From Pseudothermotoga sp. (GTDB lineage: Bacteria > Thermotogota > Thermotogae > Thermotogales > DSM-5069), in the NCBI GenBank assembly GCA_031962025.1, contig JAVRKW010000003.1: DNA of 64,000 bases; one strand, 5' to 3'. Below, in pieces: positions 9,560-18,866 of the stretch. Below the pieces are notes generated by a model that had not been told where the DNA came from, searched no databases, and worked only from the letters and a program-made list of their open reading frames with translations. Each line of letters starts with the position of its first letter. Positions within the stretch are counted from its first letter, which is position 1. A program made the translations under genes and the position numbers.

Positions 9560-10918
9560 CTATAAAGACTGCACATATTCAGCTGTTTTCAAACCTGCCA
9601 GCAACTGTATCGCAACCAGATCTTTTATAGGTATAGCTCTGTAATTGAGATTTCTTTCAAGATAATCTATCTTCTGGTTGAACTGTTTTTCTACCTTCTC
9701 TTTTGCCGTGAAGAGTTTCTCATCAGTGTTATTAGCCAGAATCTGGTTCAAAAATCTTCTGATCATACCGAGCATCAGAGACTGGTAGAACTGAGTTACA
9801 CAGGTGTTGTCAAAAACCTCAGCGACAGTTGCCTTTCTTTGAAGCTGTGGGTCAGTTTCGATCCAGTTTTTTTCTGCTTCAAGGTGCTTCGGCATCGTTT
9901 GGAGATAATTTTCCAGCACTTCATAGAAAGGTGATTGAGTGTCTGAATATTCTCTACATGTTTCAAAGATTTCTTTGACAAATTCGTACTGGTTGACTGA
10001 ACTTTCCCATGATTGCAATCTTGCTTCTTTTCTTGTCATTTGAGTTTCTGAGGTATCTTCAATTCTTGGATCATAATAATACGGTACCTCACACACAAGA
10101 GAATAAGTGTTTGCAACACGTTGAGCATATTCATCTGAACTTGCTCCCGCTTTGATGATCAATGCTGGATCAACATCTGTGTGCTTTTCCAGATAATCAT
10201 AATCTTCTGTTATGGGTGACAGTTTGAATATTGCTTTTGCAAACATCTTCAGGTATGGCACTTCAGGTTCGCCGAGTGCAAGTGGTACTTTGAATCTGTG
10301 TGGAATGGTGTGAAAATCTTCGTACAGTTCTGGTGAGTCATCGGATATGTAATAATAAACACCACCAAAACCTGCGTTGTGCAAAGAGTACATGAAAGCT
10401 GGCTTTTGTTCATCGATGATCTTCATCAGGACCTGTGTTTCTGGTAATGGATTGTGAAAATGTAAAGTCTTATAATCCACGGGGAAGGTCCATTCAACCT
10501 GTTTGTATCCAGGTGGTCTGTAGAAATTGCCCGCATAGGACTTGATAGATTGTGGATTTGAAAACCAGCCTTCGTTTAATTTTGTGCCATCCGGGTCTAT
10601 AACCTTTATCAAATACCAGGTGTAATCAAAATGCGATCTCAATTTCTCATCCTGTGCGAGTTTTTCACATAAAAAATCGAGCATCATCGCACCTATTGGT
10701 TCATTGGGATGTGGACAACCAAACATGAGCGCATTTTTGGAACCATTGCCTATCTTGATCACCTTTATTGGATAACCGTTTCTCGATTTGCCAGCCTCAT
10801 AGATCTGCACTGTTTTTGGATATTTGCGAGCAAGTTCCTCTGTTCTTCTGTCAAACTCATCGACATAAAAAAATCTGGTGTAGTTCGGTATCTGATCGAT
10901 CAAGTAGTCAAAATTCAT
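9560..10918 (-). CDS. M14 family zinc carboxypeptidase/amidase, no signal peptide
   Basis: HPNE zinc motif, DPDG, YSLH. Confidence 0.8.
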   Translation of the reverse strand: MNFDYLIDQIPNYTRFFYVDEFDRRTEELARKYPKTVQIYEAGKSRNGYPIKVIKIGNGSKNALMFGCPHPNEPIGAMMLDFLCEKLAQDEKLRSHFDYTWYLIKVIDPDGTKLNEGWFSNPQSIKSYAGNFYRPPGYKQVEWTFPVDYKTLHFHNPLPETQVLMKIIDEQKPAFMYSLHNAGFGGVYYYISDDSPELYEDFHTIPHRFKVPLALGEPEVPYLKMFAKAIFKLSPITEDYDYLEKHTDVDPALIIKAGASSDEYAQRVANTYSLVCEVPYYYDPRIEDTSETQMTRKEARLQSWESSVNQYEFVKEIFETCREYSDTQSPFYEVLENYLQTMPKHLEAEKNWIETDPQLQRKATVAEVFDNTCVTQFYQSLMLGMIRRFLNQILANNTDEKLFTAKEKVEKQFNQKIDYLERNLNYRAIPIKDLVAIQLLAGLKTAEYVQSL

Positions 10919-10940
10919 CTCAAATCCCCCTTAAGAGTGA

Positions 10941-10963
10941 GACTGGGGGAAATCCCCCCAGTC
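10941..10963 (-). other. GC-rich intergenic stem-loop between the binding-protein gene and the M14 gene (mRNA stabiliser or partial terminator)
   Basis: gactggggg...cccccagtc inverted repeat without a U tract. Confidence 0.6.
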
Positions 10964-10964
10964 G

Positions 10965-13061
10965 TCAATGCTGTTCTGTATCTATGTACCAGTTGTAAAT
11001 GATCCAGCCAAGACCGCTGTCGTAGGTCGAGTTAAAGCTCTTGATGTATTTTTTCGCAAAATGAGGTGTTGGATCTGAGATCAATGGTAAAACAGGTAGA
11101 TCATTTGTCCACAGTGCAAGATGTTGTTTGTAAAGTTCTACTCTTTTTGAATAATCTATTTCTGTAGCCATTTTTGATAGTATTTCATCGTTCTTGGGAT
11201 TGGACCAACCTGTGTAGTTTGTACCACCCCAGTTGTTTTCCTGCGATGGTATCATATCACTACCCCAGTAATTCAAAGCTTCGTCACTGACTCCATAACC
11301 CCAGCCGGTCAGCCACGCATCGAATTTGCCCATGGGAGCTTCTTCCCATATAACAAGAGCAGGTTTCATTTCAATCTTCACAGATATGCCGACTTTCTTG
11401 AGCATACCCTGTATCAACTGAGCTATCAATTCATTCTGGCTGCTACCCGCTCCGGCGATCAACGTAAACTCAAAAACCTTTCCATCTTTTTCAAGTAATC
11501 CCTGCTTGTTCTTTTTCCAACCAGCCTGAGCAAGTAATTCTTCTGCTTTTTTCAGATCATACGGGTATTTCTTTATATGATCGCCTTTCAAAGCATCTCT
11601 CATCATGTGGACTTCTGTGATCCATGTGTCCACAACCTGACCTTTGCCGAAGAACACCACGTTGTTGATCTGCTGTCTGTCGATTGCGTGCAAAATAGCC
11701 TGTCTGACCCTCACATCAGAAAACAGTGGATGTGGTTTTGAAAGGTCATTTGGATCTCTGAAATTCAAATCGATCGTCCATTCTGCCACGTTTGGAGTGA
11801 AGTATACATTGAAGATATCGCCTTTGTCTTTTTCAAGCTGCAGGCTCTGTTTCAGATCCAGTGTATACCTGCCGAAGTCTATTTCACCTTTCAAAACTGA
11901 AGCAAAGATGACATCGCTGTCTGGGATTATTCTCATCACTATTTGATCAATGTTTGGACGACCCATGTAATATTCATCAAACGCTTCAAGGACTATGTAC
12001 TGACCTTCGACATATTCTTTGAATTTGTAAGGACCGGTCATAACCGGGTTGAAAGTGACTTTTTGAACAAATTCATCCCATTTACCTGTCTTCTTGGCTT
12101 CTTCAAAATCTTTTCTGAAAAGATGCTCTGGCAGCTGAAACCATCCGTAATAGTAGGCATAGACAGATGAACCAAGCTCTGCACCGGGAACAGGATGTGG
12201 GAAATGGATGGTGAAAGTGTAGTCGTCTATCACATCGACTCTATCTATCATTTTTTCAAAATAATTTGATGTCACGGGTGCTTCAGAGACCATGACTTCC
12301 CACTGAAACTTTGCATCATGAGCCGTAACCGGTTGACCGTCGTGCCACTTCATACCTTTTCTGAGCTCGAAGGTAACACTCATTGAACCATCCTGGTTTA
12401 TTTTCACAAGACCGTTTTCAAGAGTTGGCATTCTTTTGATCATTCTTGGATGATAAAAACCATTGTCATCTGTGCCGGTGTACCCATCACCAATGATGTT
12501 GCAGATTGTCCAGGTGAGACCAGAAGAAGTGAACAGGGTATTGAAACCTTTGGGATCTGCTCCAACGGCTGTCACAATCCTTCCACCGCGTTTTGGTGGG
12601 TAGAGTGCCATATAAAAAGATCTTGCCGCTTCTGCTTTTGTTATTGGAGATAGTGGTTCAAGCAAGTGCCCGTATCGATAGTCAAGAAGCTGTCTGTCGC
12701 TTCTAAATGCAAGAGTGAAGGCACCTATAGCTTCTTGTGGAACTTTATCTTCATCATTTGCCAGAGTACAGATCTCTGTGAATTTGGCAGCTTCCTGTTC
12801 CAGTCCAAGCACTTTTACAAGGGTCATAATGAAATCTTTTCTAAGAACCTGTTCTGGACCTTTTTTCACCATAGATTCTTTTCCTGGAAAGGCTTTTGCG
12901 ACGGCAGAGTGGAATTCATCATAGCTCAAAGCAGAATCGTCAATTGTTTTGAGAATACCCAACTTTTGGATAACAGGAGCGGCTTCTTGCAGACTTATCT
13001 GAGCAAAGCCCAGGACAAACAGTGACACAATGCCGAATAACACGAAAAACCTTTTCATCAA
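10965..13061 (-). CDS. Family 5 (peptide) ABC substrate-binding protein with N-terminal SLH-like extension
   Basis: Signal peptide; LRKGMKWHDGQPVTAHD, GPYKFKEY, DVRVRQAI; ~135 aa extra N-terminal region with P-x-x-x-I-T-K-A-E-A-A. Confidence 0.9.
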   Translation of the reverse strand: MMKRFFVLFGIVSLFVLGFAQISLQEAAPVIQKLGILKTIDDSALSYDEFHSAVAKAFPGKESMVKKGPEQVLRKDFIMTLVKVLGLEQEAAKFTEICTLANDEDKVPQEAIGAFTLAFRSDRQLLDYRYGHLLEPLSPITKAEAARSFYMALYPPKRGGRIVTAVGADPKGFNTLFTSSGLTWTICNIIGDGYTGTDDNGFYHPRMIKRMPTLENGLVKINQDGSMSVTFELRKGMKWHDGQPVTAHDAKFQWEVMVSEAPVTSNYFEKMIDRVDVIDDYTFTIHFPHPVPGAELGSSVYAYYYGWFQLPEHLFRKDFEEAKKTGKWDEFVQKVTFNPVMTGPYKFKEYVEGQYIVLEAFDEYYMGRPNIDQIVMRIIPDSDVIFASVLKGEIDFGRYTLDLKQSLQLEKDKGDIFNVYFTPNVAEWTIDLNFRDPNDLSKPHPLFSDVRVRQAILHAIDRQQINNVVFFGKGQVVDTWITEVHMMRDALKGDHIKKYPYDLKKAEELLAQAGWKKNKQGLLEKDGKVFEFTLIAGAGSSQNELIAQLIQGMLKKVGISVKIEMKPALVIWEEAPMGKFDAWLTGWGYGVSDEALNYWGSDMIPSQENNWGGTNYTGWSNPKNDEILSKMATEIDYSKRVELYKQHLALWTNDLPVLPLISDPTPHFAKKYIKSFNSTYDSGLGWIIYNWYIDTEQH

Positions 13062-13084
13062 TACACCCCCTTTTGTTTAGAAAA

Positions 13085-13113
13085 ATTATACGTGCAAAAT
13101 TAGGCAAAGTCAA
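13085..13113 (-). promoter_or_regulatory. sigma70-type promoter of the opp operon
   Basis: TTGACT-17 nt-TATAAT on the minus strand. Confidence 0.75.
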
Positions 13114-13177
13114 TTACAAAAAAGTGCTTTAGAAAAGACGATAGGTATTGTAAATATTTTGATGTTAATATAAGAGT

Positions 13178-14725
13178 ATGCAGCAAATAGAACTGAACAA
13201 AGAATTTTCAAGGGCACTTGATTTGATGGAAAATTCAAGTAAAAACATCTTCATAACGGGTAGGGCAGGTACTGGAAAATCGACTTTGCTCAGGTATTTT
13301 CGTGACAGAACAGCGAAGAAAGTAGTTGTACTTGCCCCAACCGGCGTTGCGGCACTGAATGTGAAAGGCGAGACCATACATTCATTTTTTGGATTCAAAC
13401 CAGATGTGACCCTTGACAAAATTCAGCCGGTGCACGATCAGATTTACAGAAAAATAGACGCAGTGATCATCGATGAAATTTCAATGGTCAGATCAGATCT
13501 GTTAGATTGCGTTGATAAGTTTTTGCGGTTGAATGGCAGGGATAAAGACAAGCCCTTTGGTGGAATTCAGATGATCGTGATAGGCGATCTGTATCAACTT
13601 CCACCTGTGATCAGGGAAAAGGAGAAAGAATTCTTCAAAGAACGCTATAAAAGTGAATACTTTTTCGATTCAGATGCATTTAAAAGTGCCGAATGGGAGT
13701 TTGTTGAACTTGAGAAAATATACAGGCAGGAAGATGAGCAGTTCATAGAGATTTTGAACCAGATCAGAAAAGGCACGATCTGTGAAGAAAGTCTCTCGCT
13801 TTTGAACAGCCGTGTTGGTGCTCAACTGGACAAAGATGGTTACACTGTCTATCTGACGGCTCACAACGAAACTTCAAGAAAGATAAACGAACAAAAACTG
13901 GATGAATTAAGCACAAGATCATATAGATTTTATGCTCAAGTCTCTGGCAATTTCGATGAAGACTCTTATCCGACCGAATACAGATTGTTGATCAAAAAAG
14001 GTGCGCAGGTTATGATGCTCAATAACGATGCCGATGGGCGGTGGGTCAACGGCTCTGTTGGCAGGATTGTTGATGTTCTCCACGATGAAGAAGATGTTAT
14101 TTTAGTTCAATTTGCAGATGGTAGAATCGAAGAAGTTACACCGCATGAATGGGAGATATTTCACTACAGGTATAACAGAAGAAAAAAGTGTATAGAAACA
14201 GAATCTATTGGTTTGTTCAGACAATATCCACTGAAACTTGCCTGGGCAGTCACCATTCACAAAAGCCAGGGCAAGACCTTTGATAAGGTGATAATAGATC
14301 TTTCAAAAAGATTCTTCGCTCCGGGGCAACTGTATGTGGCACTTAGCAGATGCAGGTCTTTGAACGGTATCTCGTTAACACGAAAGGTGACAAAATCAGA
14401 TGTTATGCTTGATAAAAGGATTGTCCATTTTCTGAGCAACTTTCAGTACAGCTACTGGCACAGGCAGATTCCACTGGATGAGAAACTCAGGTTGATCGAT
14501 GAAGCGATAAAAGAAGGAAAGTGTGTGAGAATAGTCTATCTAAAGCCAGACAACGAAAAGACAGTCAGGGTGGTGAAACCGGAAAAACTCGGTGATTTTT
14601 CATACCAGGGAAAGATCTTTCGGGGGCTATGTGCATACTGTTTTGAGAGAAAACAGACCAGGACCTTCAGAGTGGATAGAATTTTAAGCGTTGAAATCGT
14701 TCGCGATGAGGAGGTTTTGCAATGA
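13178..14725 (+). CDS. pif1: Pif1-family SF1B DNA helicase with C-terminal WYL domain
   Basis: GRAGTGKS, DEISM, FGGIQ, GDLYQLPP, TIHKSQG, YVALSR; C-terminal AYCFERKQTRTFRVDRI (WYL). Confidence 0.9.
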   Translation: MQQIELNKEFSRALDLMENSSKNIFITGRAGTGKSTLLRYFRDRTAKKVVVLAPTGVAALNVKGETIHSFFGFKPDVTLDKIQPVHDQIYRKIDAVIIDEISMVRSDLLDCVDKFLRLNGRDKDKPFGGIQMIVIGDLYQLPPVIREKEKEFFKERYKSEYFFDSDAFKSAEWEFVELEKIYRQEDEQFIEILNQIRKGTICEESLSLLNSRVGAQLDKDGYTVYLTAHNETSRKINEQKLDELSTRSYRFYAQVSGNFDEDSYPTEYRLLIKKGAQVMMLNNDADGRWVNGSVGRIVDVLHDEEDVILVQFADGRIEEVTPHEWEIFHYRYNRRKKCIETESIGLFRQYPLKLAWAVTIHKSQGKTFDKVIIDLSKRFFAPGQLYVALSRCRSLNGISLTRKVTKSDVMLDKRIVHFLSNFQYSYWHRQIPLDEKLRLIDEAIKEGKCVRIVYLKPDNEKTVRVVKPEKLGDFSYQGKIFRGLCAYCFERKQTRTFRVDRILSVEIVRDEEVLQ

Positions 14726-15585
14726 AAACACAGGTGAAGCTGATAAATCAATGCAGATTTCTCAGGTCAAAAGACGATTACGAGAAAAGTGATGTTGTTC
14801 TGGTAGGTGCTCCTTTGGATCAGACGACGAGCTTCAGACCGGGTACGAGAATGGGACCAAGAAGGATCAGAGAACTGTCTTACGGGCTGGAGGATTACAG
14901 CTCATACCTGAATGGTTCTTTGAACGAAAAGAATTTTTGCGATATAGGAGACATCGAACTACCTTTTGGCAACGTGTACGAAAGTCTGAAATTGATTGAA
15001 TCAGTAGCGCATCAGATCATCGAAGATGAAAAGATCCCGTTTTTCATTGGGGGAGAACACCTGATAAGCTATCCTGTGATCAAACAGGTTGCATTGAAGT
15101 TCCCGGAACTTAAAGTCCTTCATTTCGATGCACACGCAGATCTGAGAGACAGCTTTTTTGGTGAAAAACTTTCCCACGCAACGGTACTCAGAAGGGTCTG
15201 TGAATGTATAAAACACAGGCATTTGTATCAGTTCGGTATCAGATCAGGTGTGAAAGAAGAGTTCGATTTTGCCAGACAGCACACAAACACCTTTCTTGTG
15301 GATGTTAAAGAACCTTTTATGAGTGTCTTAGAGGAGCTCAAAGGCTTTCCCGTTTATGTGACCTTCGACATTGACGTACTCGATCCAGCTTATGCACCCG
15401 GCACAGGCACCCCTGAACCAGGTGGATGCACTTCAAAGGAGATCTTCGAAGTGATTCAAAAATTCAAAGAACTCAATATAGTTGGCTTTGATCTGGTTGA
15501 AGTTTCTCCACTGACAGACCTTTCAGAAAGAACATGTATTGTTGCGGCAAAGATCATAAGAGAAGCCCTGATATGCATCAATTGA
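14722..15585 (+). CDS. speB: Agmatinase
   Basis: GGEH, DAHAD, SHAT, DIDVLDPAYAPGTGTPEPGG. Confidence 0.9.
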   Translation: MKTQVKLINQCRFLRSKDDYEKSDVVLVGAPLDQTTSFRPGTRMGPRRIRELSYGLEDYSSYLNGSLNEKNFCDIGDIELPFGNVYESLKLIESVAHQIIEDEKIPFFIGGEHLISYPVIKQVALKFPELKVLHFDAHADLRDSFFGEKLSHATVLRRVCECIKHRHLYQFGIRSGVKEEFDFARQHTNTFLVDVKEPFMSVLEELKGFPVYVTFDIDVLDPAYAPGTGTPEPGGCTSKEIFEVIQKFKELNIVGFDLVEVSPLTDLSERTCIVAAKIIREALICIN

Positions 15586-17169
15586 TTACTTTTTTCTTAA
15601 GATCTTTCCGGCTCGAGCAAAGGTGTGTTCAGATTCAAAGATCACAGGTTCACCGTTAACTATTACATAGACTATACCCTGGGGATATTTTTTTGGTTCT
15701 TCATAGGTTGCCGTGTCCTGAATTCTGTCAAAATCAAATATCACAATGTCTGCAGCCATGTTCGGTCTGATTATCCCTCGATCGAATAACCCTATTCTTC
15801 GTGCCGGGAAAGATGTCATTTTGTAGATAGCCTGTTCCAGGGTGATTGTTTTGAGCTCTTTGACATAACGGGCGATCACTCTTGGAAAGGTTCCAAAATT
15901 TCTCGGGTGCGGATGTCCGTGCGAAAGAACACCATCAACTGATAGTGCACTGCCGTCAGAACCGATCATTGAAAATGGACTTGAGATCACTTTCTTCACG
16001 TCTTCTTCATCCATTGCAAATCTCATCATGCCTACTCTTGATCTTTCTTCGACGATCAAGTCAAAAGCGGTATCCAGGGGATCTTTATTCAGAATTTTGG
16101 ATATTTCAGCGATACTCTTGCCCTGAAATTGCTTGTTTTTCTCCGTGAACGTATAGGTCACGTAAAGGTTTTCGTATCCGCTCATGGCTTTTTGAACAGG
16201 ATCTATTTGCTTTTTGATTTTTTCTCTTGTATTTTTGTCTGTGAGCCTTTCAAGGAGTTTTTGAATACCCCCTTCATGTACCCAGTCCGGTAATATGGCA
16301 TCAAGGTCTGTTGCTGTTGCCGTGTAAGGATAAACATCGCAGGTTACATCTATGCCCTTGGATCTGGCTTGCTGTATCATTTGAAGTGTTTTATTCACTT
16401 TGCCAAAGTACTTTCTTCCGCAGGCTTTATGGTGTGAGATTTGAACGGCAACCTTGGATTTTTCACCTATTTCAATCGATTCGAGAACTGATTCTTCCAG
16501 ATACTCACTTTCACTTCTCATGTGGGTTGTGTATATGCCGTTTCTTTTTGCAACGACTTTGCACAATTGGATTATTTCTTCTGTTTTTGCAAACGAGCCC
16601 GGGGAATATATCAAACCGGTGCTCATCCCAAAAGCACCATCTCTCATGGCTTGATCGAGTAACCTTTTCATTTTTGCTAGTTCTTCTTTCGTTGGTTCTC
16701 TTCTTTCGTAACCCATCACGGATTTTCTGATTGTCCCGTGACCAACCAGTGTTGCGTAATTTATGGATGGTCTTGATTTTTCCAGAACCTGAAGGTATTC
16801 TTCAACGGTTTCCCAGCCTGCTTCGATGCCATAAGATTCAAGATGTGATCTTCTGCTTTCCTGAAGTGCTTCACCAAGCAGCGGAGCAAGCGAATATCCG
16901 CAGTTCCCAACAACTTCTGTGGTCACGCCCTGCCTGACCTTGCTTTCACATCTGTAATTCACAATTGCATGGAAATCTGAATGACTGTGAATATCTATGA
17001 AACCAGGTGAAACGAACAAACCTTTGGCATCTATGACTCTTCTGGCTTTATGTCTTTTCAGGTTGCCTATGGCTGAAATTTTATCTTTGTCTATGCCGAT
17101 GTCTCCATAAAACCATGACGATGAGGTACCATCGATTATCATGGCATTCAAAATCAACAGATCAAACAT
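15586..17169 (-). CDS. N-acyl-D-amino-acid deacylase (D-aminoacylase)
   Basis: PGFIDIHSHSD, GNCG, HMRSE, SHHK, GSDG, HPRNFGTFPR. Confidence 0.9.
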   Translation of the reverse strand: MFDLLILNAMIIDGTSSSWFYGDIGIDKDKISAIGNLKRHKARRVIDAKGLFVSPGFIDIHSHSDFHAIVNYRCESKVRQGVTTEVVGNCGYSLAPLLGEALQESRRSHLESYGIEAGWETVEEYLQVLEKSRPSINYATLVGHGTIRKSVMGYERREPTKEELAKMKRLLDQAMRDGAFGMSTGLIYSPGSFAKTEEIIQLCKVVAKRNGIYTTHMRSESEYLEESVLESIEIGEKSKVAVQISHHKACGRKYFGKVNKTLQMIQQARSKGIDVTCDVYPYTATATDLDAILPDWVHEGGIQKLLERLTDKNTREKIKKQIDPVQKAMSGYENLYVTYTFTEKNKQFQGKSIAEISKILNKDPLDTAFDLIVEERSRVGMMRFAMDEEDVKKVISSPFSMIGSDGSALSVDGVLSHGHPHPRNFGTFPRVIARYVKELKTITLEQAIYKMTSFPARRIGLFDRGIIRPNMAADIVIFDFDRIQDTATYEEPKKYPQGIVYVIVNGEPVIFESEHTFARAGKILRKK

Positions 17170-17206
17170 GAAAAATCATCTCCTTTGTTTTATTCTACCA
17201 GCTCTC

Positions 17207-17236
17207 TTGTGATCCTTGCTCTTTAAGTAGTATAAT
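17207..17236 (+). promoter_or_regulatory. Promoter, probably giving a leaderless mRNA for the C26 hydrolase
   Basis: TTGTGA-18-TATAAT ending 7 nt before ATG 17244; no SD. Confidence 0.55.
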
Positions 17237-17243
17237 TCAAACC

Positions 17244-17966
17244 ATGAAACCTGTTATAGGAGTAACCTGTTCGGTTGATCAGGATTTCATAAAATTAAAT
17301 GAAGCTTATTACAGAGCGCTTGAAAAAGCCGGTGCTGTTGTGTTTGCGATTCCTGTATATGATGATCATAAAAACATCACCGAACTGGTTGACCTACTGG
17401 ATGGAGTTCTCTTCTCAGGCGGAGTCGATGTTGATCCACATTTCTACGGTGAAGAGCCAGAAAAAGGTCTTGGACAGGTGACTCCAAAAAGAGACGAATT
17501 AGAGATAAAACTGTGCCAGGCATTTTTCAAAGCGAAAAAGCCCATATTTGGCATCTGCAGGGGAATACAGCTGATCAACGTTGCACTAGGAGGTAGCCTT
17601 TACCAGGACATATACAGTCAGTGCGAGAATGTGTTGAAACATTCTCAAGATGCTCCAAGCTATCATCCAACTCATAAGATACATTTAGTGCAAGAGAGTT
17701 TCATACACAGCCTGTTCAAAAAATCCAGTATAATGGTCAACAGTTTTCACCATCAGGCAATCAAAAAGATAGCTCCAGTGCTGAAAATAGTTGCATATTC
17801 GCAAGACAACATAATTGAAGCAGTGGAAAAAATCGATGCAGATGACTTTGTCCTGGGAGTGCAGTGGCATCCTGAAAGGATGTTTGAAAGGTACAGGGAG
17901 CAGATGAGATTATTCGAGGTTTTTGTTGAACGCTGTGCTGACAGAAGAAGGAGGAATGTGAAATGA
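17244..17966 (+). CDS. Peptidase C26 / gamma-glutamyl-gamma-aminobutyrate hydrolase-like (class I glutamine amidotransferase fold)
   Basis: GGVDVDP, GICRGIQ, NSFHHQA, VQWHPE. Confidence 0.9.
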   Translation: MKPVIGVTCSVDQDFIKLNEAYYRALEKAGAVVFAIPVYDDHKNITELVDLLDGVLFSGGVDVDPHFYGEEPEKGLGQVTPKRDELEIKLCQAFFKAKKPIFGICRGIQLINVALGGSLYQDIYSQCENVLKHSQDAPSYHPTHKIHLVQESFIHSLFKKSSIMVNSFHHQAIKKIAPVLKIVAYSQDNIIEAVEKIDADDFVLGVQWHPERMFERYREQMRLFEVFVERCADRRRRNVK

Positions 17967-18778
17967 GAATTTTCATTTCAGCCGACATGGAAGGGATTTC
18001 TGGGGTTGTGTCTTACTCTCACGTCGAACCTGACTCCAAAGAATACGAAAGGTTCAGAAAAATCATGACCAAAGAAGTCAACGTGGTGGTAGAAGCCGCA
18101 TACCAGTTCGGTGCAACTGAAGTTGTTGTCAATGATTCGCACAACAACATGGACAACATTTTGATTGAAGAACTTCATCCAAAGGCTGTTTTGATAAGTG
18201 GAAGCCCCAAACCATTGAGCATGATGCAGGGAATTGACGAAAACTTTGACGCAGTCTTTTTTGTTGGTTACCACGCAAGAGCTGGCAGTATGGAGGCTGT
18301 GATGGATCACACATATACAGGTAGAGTTTTTCACGTGGAGATCAACGGAAAGCCAATGAGTGAGGCTGGTTTGAACGGCAGACTCGCAGGATCTTTTGGA
18401 ATACCAGTTGCGTTGATCAGTGGGGATCAAAACACGATAAGATGTGCAAGAGAAGAGTTAAACGACTTTGTCGGTGTTGTTGTCAAGGAAGCGTACGGCC
18501 GTTATTCCGCAAAACTTTATCCATTTGATGTGGTGAAGGAACGCCTGATAAATGGAGTTAAACAGGCAATGGAAAACATCAAAAACTTCAAGCCGACGGT
18601 TGAAAAAGAACCAGTGGAGCTGAAAATATCCTTCATAAGATCTGCCATGACAGAGATGGTATCGCTCATACCAAATATCGTTAAAAAGGATGCAAGAACA
18701 GTTGTTTACAGAGCATCAACATATATGGAAGCGTATAAAATTTTCAGACTATGTGCTACTTTGAGTAACATCAACTGA
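17963..18778 (+). CDS. dppA: M55 family D-aminopeptidase (DppA-like)
   Basis: ISADMEGISG, DSH, GYHA, HT motifs. Confidence 0.9.
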   Translation: MRIFISADMEGISGVVSYSHVEPDSKEYERFRKIMTKEVNVVVEAAYQFGATEVVVNDSHNNMDNILIEELHPKAVLISGSPKPLSMMQGIDENFDAVFFVGYHARAGSMEAVMDHTYTGRVFHVEINGKPMSEAGLNGRLAGSFGIPVALISGDQNTIRCAREELNDFVGVVVKEAYGRYSAKLYPFDVVKERLINGVKQAMENIKNFKPTVEKEPVELKISFIRSAMTEMVSLIPNIVKKDARTVVYRASTYMEAYKIFRLCATLSNIN

Positions 18779-18866
18779 TGTTAAAACTGCTTTGTTTGAA
18801 TTTAGTTTTGCTGAAAGTTGCCATGGTATAATATATTTGTATAAACAACATCTTTCAAGGGGAGGG

